Part shown: in pieces, positions 14,904 to 29,660 of the stretch
How the letters are laid out: the number at the start of each line of letters is the position of its first letter
Position numbering within the stretch: position 1 is the stretch's first letter
Assembly (NCBI RefSeq): GCF_009914755.1
Contig: NC_060932.1
Source: the human T2T-CHM13v2.0 reference genome, Homo sapiens
DNA: 64,000 nt
Direction: 5' to 3' (one strand)
Translations under genes and position numbers: made by a program
The notes under the pieces: generated by a model
Database searches by the model: none
Told to the model about the DNA's origin: nothing
The model's input: only the letters and a program-made list of their open reading frames with translations

Positions 14904-15921
14904 TCACCAGAAATTTAATTTCAAATGTTCAATATAATGGTAGATTACTACAGACTAATATAGTATTATCTCTGAATACAATTATGCTTTAATTAATTAA
15001 AAGTTCATTTTTCTAATAATTTAGAAAAGTGATTATTGCCAAACTTTACATAACAAGAAAAATACAACATCTTCTTTAGGAAGATTAACAATTACTGAGT
15101 TTTCCCTTCCTAGGATTTGTCTTGACAATAAAATCTAGTTAGCAGCAAACTTTTTGCTAAACAATATAATTTAATGAGGCTCAAAGAGCAGAAAATTAAA
15201 TCATTTACACCAAATAGGTCTTTCAGTAGTAAGACAAAGCTTATTTTGTGAGCTCGTCATCTAAAAATGTGTCTATAAATGACATGAGTGCTTGTTTGTA
15301 CTGCCAACTTGGCACTTTAAACAGGAAGGTTTGCGTCTGTGATGTAATAGTTAAAAACTATTCTATAGTCCAAATTGCTTATGGGAGGTTTCCAGCAGAA
15401 CTAAGCGATGTGACATTTTTTGCAGCTAAAAACCATATTCATAGAGCTGTGTATTCATTTTATTTGCTTTCTCTTGACCTCAGGCTGTGGAAAAATAAGT
15501 GCAAACCTCATGTTATCATAAGGTAACTGCTATTTATTGACTGCTTACCATATATATGGGTATGTATCTATATGTACTGATATATATGAGCACAGAAACA
15601 ATGACAGAGAGGATTCAGAAGCTGGAAACACACAGCACATAGTGAGTCCAGAAATCATTGTGTCCCCAAGGTTTCTGCTTCATAAAACTGCTGCCTCTTG
15701 TATTGTTAGTTCAGGTCAGAGTATGTGCACTAATGTGTCAATGACATAAGTACATTTATTTCTAAAAATCATTTTCCATGGACTTAAATTCAGCCTCTCC
15801 AATCTCCCCTTAAAATAATTTATCTTTCATATCGAAAACAAAATCTGTTTCTTAGCCTTCATTTTTGTTTATTTTAATATGCATATTTCTAATCCCTTTA
15901 GTGTCTCAGAATTTTGTTTTC

Positions 15922-16261
<340 letters not shown>

Positions 16262-16891
16262 TTATTTATAATTTTAAGATATTTATATGTTATGTAGTTT
16301 CTCTCTCAGGAAGAATAACAAATTCTTATTTTTTTATTCTGAAAATCTGGTTTCTTTTTCCAAATTTTATCCTTGGGTACCTTGGTTTCCTGCCGACACA
16401 ATAATAGAAGCACTTCAATTTCTCTGAGCTGCCACAATTTAAGTAAAGCTATTACAGATTTTATTATATTCCATAGGAAAAAAAATAAGGCTGTTAACAT
16501 TCTCTCGATTGTTGTTACAATTTATAAAAAGGTCAGTGAAATGGCACTGTAAAAATGCTCTCACCTTCTGCCATAGGCAAGAAACTTCCATGGTGGAAAC
16601 TTCTGTTGGCTTCATTGCAGATCCTGACTCACTCAGTGTAAATGCCACTTCCAAATGGGTTGTCACTGGTTAATTTGGATTCTCTTGCTCCTTGACAATG
16701 CTTTAAATGGCTCCTTTCTCTCTATTACTGCAATTGTCTGTTTAAACCTTTGGCATTTTAACCTTTTAAAAAATATGTGTCTTTTGTATACATCTTCAGA
16801 AAAATAGGAACTGGTCATTCACTTTCTCCATCCCAGCAGTTTCTGCGGATTGGTGTTGGGTTTCAATCAGGTTAGGATACAATAAAAGGGA

Positions 16892-18465
<1,574 letters not shown>

Positions 18466-18831
18466 AATAAAAGAGAATTAAATCAATCCTCATCCAGTGC
18501 CTTCACATTGGACTTGGGGGTAGGAGAAATTCAGTTGATCCTCACTGCTCTTTTTTCTTCTCTGACTTTCTCCATTCTCACCTCCAAATAATGAAGAATG
18601 TCCTATCATGTCAAGTTTGCCTTTGTGTTATTACCGCTCTTGATGATTTTTTTTAATGTTTTGCTTCTTTTGAAACTGAATTCCAACAACTACTTGTGAC
18701 ATTTGCTCTTTCCTCTTAAGGAGTTCTGATGAGGGCTGAGGGAGTTGAGTTCCTAGGGGTGGTATGGACTCGTCAAAGTTTAATCAGATCCTCCCTGGAC
18801 CAGAGGCCTTGTTACTGATGGAAGGAGACTT

Positions 18832-19322
18832 GTAGTGTCCTCCTCTCCAAATCCATTCTCCTCGCCACTCCCCCTCACCAAATGCATTCTCCTCTTCTTC
18901 CAGGGCATCATCTAGAAACTAAATGTTATAGCCACCCTTGCAGTTAATGGTGGCCATGCCATGTGACTCAATTTCTTACTGATGGAATGTAAGCAGAAGC
19001 GATGGATGCAACTTCTGCTTCACTTGTTAATAGGAAATGATTTTCCCTGGACTTGCTCTGTTACTTCTCATGCTAACTGGACACAGACATGCCTGAAATG
19101 CAGCTTCTGCTTTCCACACAAGCTGGTGCCCTGGAAAAAGAAGGAAGATGATGGAAGCAACCTATGTCCCTGAATGACCACATATGACCACATATAGCAG
19201 AGCTGCCCTATAGCCTCTCAATCAGCTACTGTTGCATGAGAGAGAAGTAAGCTTCAGTCTGCTGCAAGCCACTCTATATATTGTATATTTGGGATGTTTT
19301 TATTCAGCAGCTTAGCCTGTAC
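18832..19322 (+). mobile_element. Ancient ERVL-type LTR (LTR33/LTR16-like)
   Basis: ccaaatccattctcc, cccttgcagt...ggccatg...tgtgact, ggaatgtaagcagaag motifs. Confidence 0.55.
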
Positions 19323-21429
19323 TCCTGTTGTTCCTCTGAACCAGGACAGATTTATTCCTTTTCTGCCCATATTATACCATGGGGTGTGGATAATGCCCTG
19401 TGGATGTGGGAAGAAAAGTACATCTCTGCTGGCCCCTACTAAAATCATTCCACACACAATCCATCTAATCAATATTTAATGAGCTCATGCCTTGTACAGC
19501 ACTCTGGGCTAGGCATTGTGTGAGAAATAATAGCAGCTTTGCTTCTTAGAAAAAATAAGAAATCACACCCAGCAGGAGAAATCATAAGAGATCTATAAAA
19601 AAAGGTGCAGTGGTGGCTGTGGGTCTTATGTATGTGAAGGATTTCACAAATGGAGATGAAGAAATGGAAATTCTCAGCAAGAGAGGAGGATTTACTAGCA
19701 AAGAGGAAAAAAAAAAACTTCAGCTTGGCTATAGTATGATGGGCATGATGAGAAAATAGGAGATAAAACCTAAAATGTATAGTTGGAGGCCATTTTTAAA
19801 GAAGCATCAGACCAAGAAGACAGGCCTGGGCAAAGTGTGGAGGTTTTAGCTAAAGGATTAAAAATCTGTTTCCAAGTCTTATAATTCAGCTAGGCCTAGA
19901 CAAAAGCTCTTTTTGCATTTTACTTGAAATGACTTTTGTTGCTGCTTCCTAACAAGTGAGAGCATTAATTTAGTGAATTGCTTTGAAGATAGGAGACACT
20001 TTATAAATATTGAGAGTAAAGTATTAATTTTAATCTCATAGCTACCATAGACCATGCCACTGAGTTACTTTGGTAATCCTATGAGAATGCCAACTTTTTT
20101 CACACCAATTTTCTAATCCAATCAGTAGTGGAAATGCCAAACTAATTGAAATGTATTTAGAACTACATGATTTCTAAATTTGTGCATGTAATGTTTGTTT
20201 TTCTTTCATTAGCCATACTATCAAATCAAAATGCATACCTACATGCTTTTAAACTCGCATACTTGATTTTCCAGATTGCATTTTTTCAAATGTAAGTAAG
20301 AGGAATGCTCATATTTCTTGTCTGTGTTTGGGTTACACTCTTAATGGTGATGGTTTCTTTACCACTTGCCCAAACTAAATCATTATTCTCTATTATTCCA
20401 AGAAAGTAGTGTTGATGGGTGGGGATTTCAAGCACACCTAGCATAAGATCCATAAGATTTTTTTTTTGCCTGAGTTACTGCACAACAATGAGAAGTATAA
20501 ATGCATAAGTCAAGCTTCCACTGATCATGTTAACAGTATTATCAGGAAGTGATGCCTCGTTACAAAATTTTATTTAAGGACTACTCTTACTTCTGGAAGC
20601 AAAATTTCTTCCAAATTAATTAACTTGTGCCAATAAATTATCATAATTAAAGAGTGGGAAAATCTACAGAAAATTTAGATAGATAGAGATGATAGAGATA
20701 CAGATAGAAAGACAGCTTTTTTTCTGAATTGCATATATGCTCAGTGTGGTCAGAGATATGACATCTCCCCCATCATCCCTGTCACCCCCCTCTTGAAAAC
20801 TGTACACCCAATCTATTATTCTGGAAGTATAGAATTTAACGAATCATAATGTTAAAAATCACCAGTGTGTTTCCCAGGGAAAAAGCCAGTACTACTACTA
20901 TATTTTGTTGTTTTTATTAACTCACTTGGTTTTAATTATTTTTCAAAAACTCATATTCCTAATGCCTCACCTAACTATGCGATATTAGATCTCATTTATG
21001 CTTCTGCATACACCTTTGACATTGCCCTTGGAAATATCCCAATTTTTATCTTACTACAGAAAAAAGTCACTATCCCTCCCCACTACTTTCTTAAGCTAGT
21101 CTACCATTCTACTTAGACTATTATGCTGGAATACTATTATTCTATTTAGACTATCAGGCTAATCATCAAGTATAATTCATTATTGTTTTCATTAGCTAAT
21201 TTTAGGTAATTTTGTAACCCTACAAATTCTCTTGAAACAAAGTCCCTATGTGCATATCTATCAATACAGAATCAGCTCCCTGGTAGAAACCACTGTGACA
21301 GGCGTTGTCAAATAGTTTTTCTTTGCTCCAGGGCAGCCTGGAAGAATAAATTTTAAATTTGTTTTTCTTTCTAAATGACTTAACTCCTGGATTTTGCATA
21401 ACAATATCTGCTAAAAAGTAATCTGACAT

Positions 21430-21575
21430 TATCTGTTTATTATCTTTCTTTCTCTACTAGAATGTAAGCTTTCTAAAAACAAGGATTTTTTTTTCCACCG
21501 CTGTGTGCTTAGCACCTAGAAAATTGTCTGAGACATAGTTGAAACTCAGGAAATATCTGTTGAATTAATGAATAG
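21430..21575 (+). mobile_element. L2 3' end fragment
   Basis: ctagaatgtaagct...agcacctaga...ctcaggaaatatctgttgaattaatgaat. Confidence 0.65.
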
Positions 21576-21959
21576 ATATGAAACGATATGAAAAGCAGAA
21601 GATATTTATCTGGGTCAAGAAGAGACACAGGATAGGGCCTTCAGAGTCTGCTAAATTCCTAGGATGTTATCCTAGGCGAAAATGAAGGAGGCCAAGTTTC
21701 CTATAGTGCTTCCACTTTCCATTGGTGCACCTCTCTGCCCAGACTCCCAGGGCTCTGACTCTGCTGTCTGGAGGAAAACAGTCTCACAAAGAAATAATTA
21801 ATTAGCTGTCAATTCAGTGAATAATTATCAAGCACTGGTCATGTGTCCCAGGCATTACACTAGGTCCTAGAGTTGAAAATAATAATAACAAGATAGGGAC
21901 TCTGCTCATCATCTGGTGATAAGTGCTAGGAGCATAGAAAGGAAAACAATTACAAGCCT

Positions 21960-22270
21960 ACTGCCTTGTCATGGGAACACTCAAGCTACCATGTGCAGAC
22001 ACTCACGTGATAAGGAACTGATGCCTCCTGGCAACAGCCACATGAGCAACACATCAAGGTAGTGGATCCTCCACCCCCACTTTAGCTTCCAGATTACTGA
22101 TGGCCCTGCCAACTTCTTGACATCAACCTCAAGAGAGATCTTATGCTAGAATCACCCAGCTAAACTGTTCCCAAATTTCTGACTCACAGAAACTGTGAAA
22201 AATATGGTTCTTGTTTTAAGCCACTAAGTTTGAGGATAATTTATTGTGCAGCAACAGATGACTAACATAG
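21960..22270 (+). mobile_element. MaLR LTR fragment (MLT1F/G-like)
   Basis: aaggaactgatgcctcctggcaacagcc; cacccagctaa; ttgttttaagccactaagtttg; gcagcaacagatgactaaca. Confidence 0.7.
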
Positions 22271-22494
22271 ACTTCAGTGAAAAATGAACTTAAAAATGGG
22301 ATGCTAAGCATTGCTCATGGGGGAAAACGTTTTCACCTCAGGTGGACATTGTTGAAAGATTTCTTGGGATGTGCAGACAGGTCACTATCCAAAGCACATG
22401 TTGTAATGCACTAAGGATTTGGAGTCCCAAAGTTCCTTCTTGGTAACTCATCGCAACTCCAGCCTAACAGACTGATCTTCCTAAAAGTCAAGGA

Positions 22495-22732
22495 AGTGGG
22501 TGGGTCACCTGAGGTTAGGAGTTTGAGACCAGCCTGACCAATATTGTGAAACCCCACCTCTAATAAAACAAATACAAAAATTAGCCAGGCATGGTGGTGT
22601 GTGCCTGTAATCCCAGCTACTCAGGAGGCTGAAGCAGGGAGAAATGCTTGAACCCAGGAGACAGAGGTTGCAGTGAGCCCAGATCGTGCCACTGCACTCC
22701 AGCCTTGGCAACAGAGCAAGACTCCGTCTCAA

Positions 22733-22772
<40 letters not shown>

Positions 22773-22775
22773 AAA
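22495..22775 (+). mobile_element. 5'-truncated AluS with (TAAA)n tail
   Basis: Alu begins at gtgggtgggtcacctgagg; (TAAA)n at 22731-22772. Confidence 0.9.
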
Positions 22776-23879
22776 AGCCAAGCAAACCGGGTCTGATGAA
22801 GCAAGAAGTTAAGAATTGGATTCATTCATTCAGTACCAAACACTGAAAAGAAATTGGACTGGCTTTAAAAAGGACCACGTAAAATGTGTGCACATATCCA
22901 CTAGGGTATTAAATCTCTGGCAAATAACTATAGGTAAATCCTAAAATCCAAAACAAAATAAACTGCCCTGACTCATTCAGTTTCAATATAAAAATAAATA
23001 AAATATAATGTAATTAACAATAAAATGTACCTAAGAGAGAAAGAATGAAAGTTACAACCTGGAAATATTTCCGCTAATGAGATTGATTTGTTGTTTGACC
23101 ACTTCCGCTGCTTCTTAGCGCCTTTAGGATTACCCTCCTCTCACTGTTCCCTTTCTTCTATTTCTATTAAAAATGACTCCACTTGGATTTTAATAATGAA
23201 GCATTAATATTTTCATCTGCAAAGATACATTCTCTACTGGTCTTGTCTCATTTCCTTCCATGAAACATAGGCCCAAGTCCCAAGTTTCTTGCTTTCCCTT
23301 GGCTTGGATCTAAGGGCAGCCTGACTTTTCTAGCTTTCCTCTGTAACTTCTACCATTACACCTCACCCCAGCCTACATGCTGACCTTTCGTTTCCCACCG
23401 CCTAGACTGAGAACCTGGTCCACAGTTAGTGCTAAATAAATACTAGTTGCTTTGTCCTTACCATAACTGTCACCATCGCCATCATCATCATCATGACCAC
23501 CATCACTGTCATCTGTAGAAGTGCCAATTCCTTGTCTGGATTTCCAGCCCTTTGTTCCCCAGCTGGTTAGCTTCGGTGGGCAATCCTGTCTATTTAGGGG
23601 TATGGATTATCAACTTTGTCTGCTCAGAAATACATAACTTACCTGACCACTCCCTATCTTAGCCAATTTCCCTGGTCTTCAACCCCATGCCTTCCTCAAT
23701 CCCTGGTACATTTATTTTCTTCTTCCACATAATCACAGCTTGTTAGAAGTAGAAATCATCTTAAAGATCATCTTGCTTAACCCCTACATTTTAAAAATGA
23801 GAAAAGCAAAATTTAAGTAGGTGTTATAACTAGCGGAGCCCACTTTCCATTCTCCAAGTCCAAGGTGTCTTTCTCTATG

Positions 23880-23985
23880 ACCATGGTTCTCAGCCAGGGA
23901 TGATTTCGGCACCCAAGCAGTGTCTGAAAACATTTCTGATTGTCAAAACGTGAGGGGCAGAGTATGCTCCTGGCATCTGCTAGTG
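23880..23985. mobile_element. hAT-Charlie MER20-like fragment
   Basis: atggttctcagccagggatgattt...gcagtgtctg..acatttt..ttgtca...ctggcatct. Confidence 0.55.
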
Positions 23986-24185
23986 TTTAGCAGTATCCTT
24001 GTCCTCTACTCACATTTAATCCTACTGCTGTAAATGGTGTTATATAGGAGACAAATGACGTTAAGAAATTAACGTAAGTACACTTGGCTAGTAAGTACAA
24101 AAGGCATCAATTACAAGGCCATCTGGCTTTAAGACACAATCCACTCTCCACAGTTGTGCCCTTGTCAAAAGAAAAGTAAAAAGGT

Positions 24186-24611
24186 GCTATATACTTCTGT
24201 TTCTGGCCCGGCCTCTTTCTTTCCGTGGTGATAGCACTCACACAAACATGGTGAACATTCCTAAAACCCGTCGGACTTTCTGTAAGAAGTGTGGCAAACA
24301 CCAACCCCACAAAGTGACAAAATACAAGAAGAGCAAGGATTCTCTGAATGCCCAGGGAAAGCAGCGTTATGACAGGAAGCAGAGTGGCTATGGTGGGCAG
24401 ACTAAGCTGATTATCCCGAAAAAGGCCAAAACTACAAAGAAGATTGTGCTAAAGTTTGAGTGCTTTGAGCCCAACTGCACGTCTAAGGCTATTAACAGAT
24501 GCGTTTTGAACTGGGAGTAGATAAGAAGAGAAAGGGCCAAGTGATCCAATTCTAAGTGTCATCTTTTCTTTTATTATGAAGACAATAAAATCTTGAGTTT
24601 ATGTTCAAAAA
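24186..24611 (+). pseudogene. RPL36A: Processed pseudogene of ribosomal protein L36a (eL42)
   Basis: Intronless [37 protein letters not shown] from ATG 24248; RML codons deleted and a frameshift after AINRC; shifted tail reads [16 protein letters not shown] (stop ends 24555); AATAAA 24584-24589, poly-A ~24607, imperfect TSD 24167-24185/24612-24630. Symbol is the parent gene. Confidence 0.96.
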
Positions 24612-25793
24612 AAATGAAAGGTAAAAAAGTAACCCTCAATTATAGTATCATAATATTTTATATATTATAGTACATTATCATTTTTTCATTTTCCCAAATT
24701 TGGACCATTTATAGTTCTGAATTTCACAAGCATAAACTTATGTCCCCAGGGAAGAAAATTACTACTGTCCTTACTTGATGAGAAGAGGAATTGGCTTCAA
24801 TAAGTGTTATAGGGCTCTGGGCCAAGTCTTCAGAGGAGTCTAAAATGATTTACTAGCTCAGCAAAGAAGAGGAGGACATCTTGCCGACAACACTGCAGTT
24901 AGAATATGTTACCATAGTTTGTTCTCATTCGAAAAGAAGTACATGAGGAAAAAGAAATATTTCCTGGACCCTGGACTTGTATGTACTTCCCTTTCACAAG
25001 TATTTCCTTTGTAAGTTGTTATTCCCCCAGCGGCCCTCTGCCAAAAATGGCAGTCTTTTTGTGTGCCCTTGGACATGAGGCAGGTGGCACCAGGCCCACA
25101 GAACCCTGACAAGAGTGTGGAATGACAGGAATGGAAAGAAAACAAAAATGAGAAACAATATCTCCTAAGAAGATCTTTCAGAGTTTATCTTGTCAACCAC
25201 CTGCAAGAGATGGAGAAGCAGAACAAAGCCCATTGATGTCTATGATTGCATTTTAACAAGAGAGTGTGGCAGACAATTTCATTCCCGATGCTCTGACATG
25301 TACTATTTTTCAGACTCAGCGATCAGCACCCATGTTCTCTGCCCGTTTTGTTAATGATTCAAAGTGTACGCTTATTTTTTTTACCATATGTGCTATCTAT
25401 ATACACACACTTAAATCCATAAAATCATAACAGCATTTTGATGTAATCATGCTGTCTCTCAATGGTTTCTAATTGGTAATTTGCCTCTAATTTTTATAGT
25501 TACTTGAGTGACATGAATCCTAGAATAGTCAGGAAGCCCATGGTCTTGCCATAATACCGTAATTACCATAAATAATACTTTGATGAATCACAGCTTCTTT
25601 ATTCCTTCTTCTTTACACAACATTATTTCTAACTTAGTACTGATATCTTTATACTGCTTTTTTGTTTACCAGACTGATTCTCCTAGAAGCTTGTAAATTC
25701 CTTGAAGATAGGAATCATGTCCTATTTTTCTTTTTATCCCCAGAGCCTAGGATAGTACACAGCACAGGTTAAGTGCTTAATAAATATGGGTCA

Positions 25794-26084
25794 GGCTGGG
25801 CACAGTGGCCCACGCCTATAATCCCAGGACTTTGGAAGGCCGAGGTGAGTGGATCGTCTGAGCTTAGGAGTTCAAGACCAGCCTGGACAATATGGCAAAA
25901 CCCCATCTCTACAAAAAATTTAAAAATTAGCTGGGCGTGGTGGCATAGGCCTGTAGTCCCAGTTACTTGCGGGATTGAGGCAGGATGATGGCTTGAGGTT
26001 GGGAGGTCAAGGCTGCAGTAAGCCACGTTCACGCCACTGCACTGCAGCCTGCGTGACAAAGGGAGACTCCATCTCTTAAAAAAA
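25794..26084 (+). mobile_element. AluJ-like inserted in an L2 tail
   Basis: Dimeric Alu; L2-like 3' sequence at 25680-25790. Confidence 0.9.
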
Positions 26085-26836
26085 TCAAATTACATTAAAT
26101 TTAAAAAATAAAATTAAAAAAATAAAGTTAATATTGGTCAGGTTATCTAATGAATAAATAAATAATTGCTTGAGTGAATAAATGAAATAACAAGTCATGA
26201 CAACTGGATTTATCAGTAGGTCTTTATCTGCCATAATAAGGACACAGAACCCACATTTTGCCACTATCAGAGGATCAGGGAATGAGGCAAAGGAGAAGTT
26301 TCTGGACACCAGAAAGCTTTCTCTGAGAGTGAAAGCTAAACAGCTGCTGGATGCTTCTCAGAACTGTGAATAAAGATATCAGCTTTCTAGGGCTGCATTT
26401 ACTGTATACATAAGTTAACTTGAGTATTACACTACTGACAAAGTATATACTTGCCATCCTAAACATCAACAGGAACTAGAATAGGCAGTATTGTTAGAGC
26501 ACATTAAGTTTTGTGTCTTCTGCCTCCCAAAGGTTAAATATCTGTACACTGGTGGCAATGAACTGGATATATACACCACAATCCCTCCAAGCTCCAATAT
26601 TCTGTCACCACTAGGGTGCTAGGCACCACTAGAGAACTTGGGAGATGCAATTCTAAATTAATCTTCACATTAGCATGTCCATTCTATGCAATTCAGCATC
26701 TCTGCACGACAATTGGCAAGTTGCTTATTTTTCTAGTCTCAGTTTTCTGGTCTGAAAAATGGAGACTATAAAGTGAGTTTATAGTACTTGGTGAAGAACC
26801 AGACACACGTTAAATAAATGTTAACTGTTGAGTTAT

Positions 26837-27900
26837 GTTTATATAGATGTATTGTTAATGTGTTTCAGGATTTTATGAGATTCCTAAAATCTTGATATGT
26901 CTTAATATATGTTGTCAGTAATAATTATGATTATTATGTTAAGTTTTTATATGCCACAAAAATTACCAAATTTCCTTGTCAATTGTGTCTGTCCTGAAAC
27001 TTTTGCATTCCACAATTGTTTTGCTTTGATTCTTTGCAAAAAGCAGCTTATAATCAGCTACAGTCCAGGGCTTTCTTCTCTGGGAGAGTTCATGAAAAGG
27101 ACTCTTAAATGCGTGTTTCTCATAACTGGAGATTGTGCCACTGGACTAGAGAAAAATGTCCAGGACTCTAATTAAAAGGTGGATGTGTCAATAACATTTA
27201 CAAATCCAATATGAAGCAGAGCAGAAGTTGATTGCATGGACTGAACTAATGGAGGACAGAAGTACTTTTTTATGGCTTTTTTCTTTGAAACATTGCTGAT
27301 TCTTTTGCTTTTCAGAGTCGACAGAACTTTTTTCTTTGAGCTATTTATAGCCTTTAGCAAATAAGTAGAGTATGCAGAATTTGAGACATATTTCTCTCTT
27401 TCTGTCTAATTTCTCCAGAATTCATAAACTATTTGTGAATATTCTTAATTCATGACAACGTGGTTGTTTGCATAAGTTCAATAAAAATTTGTTTTCTTTC
27501 ATAATGGGATACAGTTGGAAGAACTGGTTATTTTCCCAGGGCTTTGACTAAAATGGCCTTGTGAGAGGTTTCAGAAAAGCCAGTTTAGAAGAGCCTATAT
27601 GGACAGTGATTCTTGTTGCACTTCATGTGGGTAATCAGGCCCAGTATAGTGGGACTGATGATTATTTTGCAGGTAGGTTGGTCCTGCTGTGATTTGTCTT
27701 TGGTGAAAGTTGGGGACTGGAGAGAAAAAAAAGTGTGCTTCTGAAGAAAATCATGATATTAGATCAACCTTTGATTCCTGAGTGGTCACATGGTCACCCA
27801 TTGCATGGAACTACCCACAATGCCCTTCCTTAGCATGAAGCAGCCAGAAAGATGAACGATCAGATTCCACACGAGTGAGGAACTGATAAATAGGGGAAAC
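26837..27900 (+). mobile_element. ERV1 (MER4-group) internal region, 3' part
   Basis: MER4-group internal-like text (gcatgaagcagccagaaag) ending in purine tract aaataggggaaac just before an LTR. Confidence 0.7.
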
Positions 27901-28404
27901 TGAAACTGGCCCAATTCTCCCATAGAAGTGACATTTACAGTTTATTTTGAATAAACATAGAAATTGATACTCCCAATCTTAAAACTTAAGAAAGTTACAT
28001 TTATCTTATCTGAGTCCCTTTCTCAGGAAACAAACCATCAGTCCTCCCAGATAGTATCAAGAAACTGAAACTTACCAGATCACTGCATCTGAACAGTAAG
28101 ATGCCAGATCTCTCACCTGTCATGATTGCCTATCTGACCATCTGCTTCCTGTTGGTTAATTAACTCCTCTTCCTTACTCAACCCCCCAATTCCTGTTTAC
28201 ACACATGTAGTTATGTTCCTTTCCTGCTATATAAACCCCCAATTTTAGTTGGTCAGGGAGATGGATTTGAGTCTGATCTCCCATCTCCTCTTCTGTAGCA
28301 TTGGATTAAAGCCTTCTTTCCTGGCAATACTCATTGTCTCAGTAATTGGCTTTCACTGTGGCAAGCAACTTGACCTAGGACAAACCTGTGGTGTTTTGGT
28401 AACA
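27901..28404 (+). mobile_element. ERV1 3' LTR (MER4-group; subfamily uncertain)
   Basis: Starts TGAAACTGGCCCAATT, ends GGTAACA; internal tataaa (~28229) and attaaa (~28305). Confidence 0.75.
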
Positions 28405-28427
28405 TAATCTTTGCAAAGGTGGTTTCA

Positions 28428-29660
28428 TTCCCCCATACCTTGCTCTATGTACCTCTTCCATTTGCCTTTTCCTGAGTTGTATTCTTTATAACAAATAGGT
28501 AAAGATAGTGTTTCCCTGAGTTCTGTGAGCCATTCTAGCAAATGATCAAACCCAAGAAGGGGGTTATGAGACCCTCCAGTTTGTAACTGGTCCATCAGAA
28601 GTTGTGGGTAACCTGGGAACCCACTACTTGCAATTAACGTCTTACATGGGGGCAGTCATATGGGCCTGAGCCCTTCACCTGTGGGGGTGTGCACTAACTT
28701 ATGTTGGTGTCAGAATTGAATTAAATTTGGAAAACAAAAAGTATCTGAGACAGGTCTCAATCAGCTTAAAGGTTTATTTCGCCAAGGTTAAGGACTGTGG
28801 CCCACAACACAGCCTCAGGAGGTCCTGAGAATATGTGCCCAAGGTGGTTTGGTTATAGCTTGGTTTTATTTCGAGAGACAGAAATTACAGGCAAAGACTT
28901 AAATCAATACATGTAAGGTATACATTGGTTTGAGCTGGAAAGGCAGGGTATCTCAAAGCAGGGGCTTCTAGGTCATATGTGGATTCAAATACTTAGCAAT
29001 TGGTTGGAAAAGGTGAGCTCTGCCTGAAGAGTTGAATTCAGCAGAAAAAGTGCTTAAGTTTAGATAAATGAGGTGTGGAAGCCAAGGTTCTTGTCATGTA
29101 CATGAAGTCTCTAGGTAGCAGGCTTCAGAGAAAATAGATGGAGAATATCTCTTATTTGACCCTAAAAGGTGTCAGACTTTGCTGAAAAGACCTAGCAAGG
29201 GAAAGAGATTCTCATGTTAAACAAATAAATTTGAGGATAAAATTACTTTGATTCCCTTCAGGGCCTGTTTTCTGTCATGTGATGTGATATCAGAGTCAGA
29301 ATTTGGTATATCTTGCTACAAAGTCTGTTTTGTGAATTTTAAGATATCTGTTTTAATGTTAATGCTGGTCAGTTGGGTCTAAGTTCCAAAGGGATGAGGG
29401 TGTAATGAGGTATATTCACCCCCTTTCATAGCATGGCCTGAACTAGTTTTTCAGGTTTCTTTGGGGTACCCTTGGCCAAGAAGGGTTCCATTCAGCCTGC
29501 TGGGGAGATTAGAATTTTATTTTAGGTTTACAAATTGTAGGGCACCCAGTTGGTGTCTGCAAAGAATTGGAGAATTGTGTAGTAAAGGAGAAATCCCCAT
29601 GTTTTGGTGACCCGAAGTGTTCTGAGAGTATAGAAGAGAAAAAACATTTTTCCCCCAAAC
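28428..29660 (+). mobile_element. MER21-like LTR, split by a MER4-like LTR
   Basis: tttccctgagttctgtgagccattctagcaaat; gtcagaattgaattaaatt resumes as aattgtagggcacccagttggtgtc after 29532. Confidence 0.7.
28728..29532 (-). mobile_element. MER4-type solo LTR
   Basis: TG...CA ends, tctgagacaggtctcaatca..tttattt.gccaaggttaagga and ttagaattttattttaggtttaca; 4-bp TSD aatt. Confidence 0.8.

Noticed and set aside
24248-24520. Functional RPL36A gene
   Set aside because: Intronless with poly-A and TSD, in-frame deletion, frameshift and substitutions at conserved residues.
26607-26636. Tandem CACCACTAG as CTCF sites
   Set aside because: 3' halves deviate from the GGCG core; probably a local micro-duplication.
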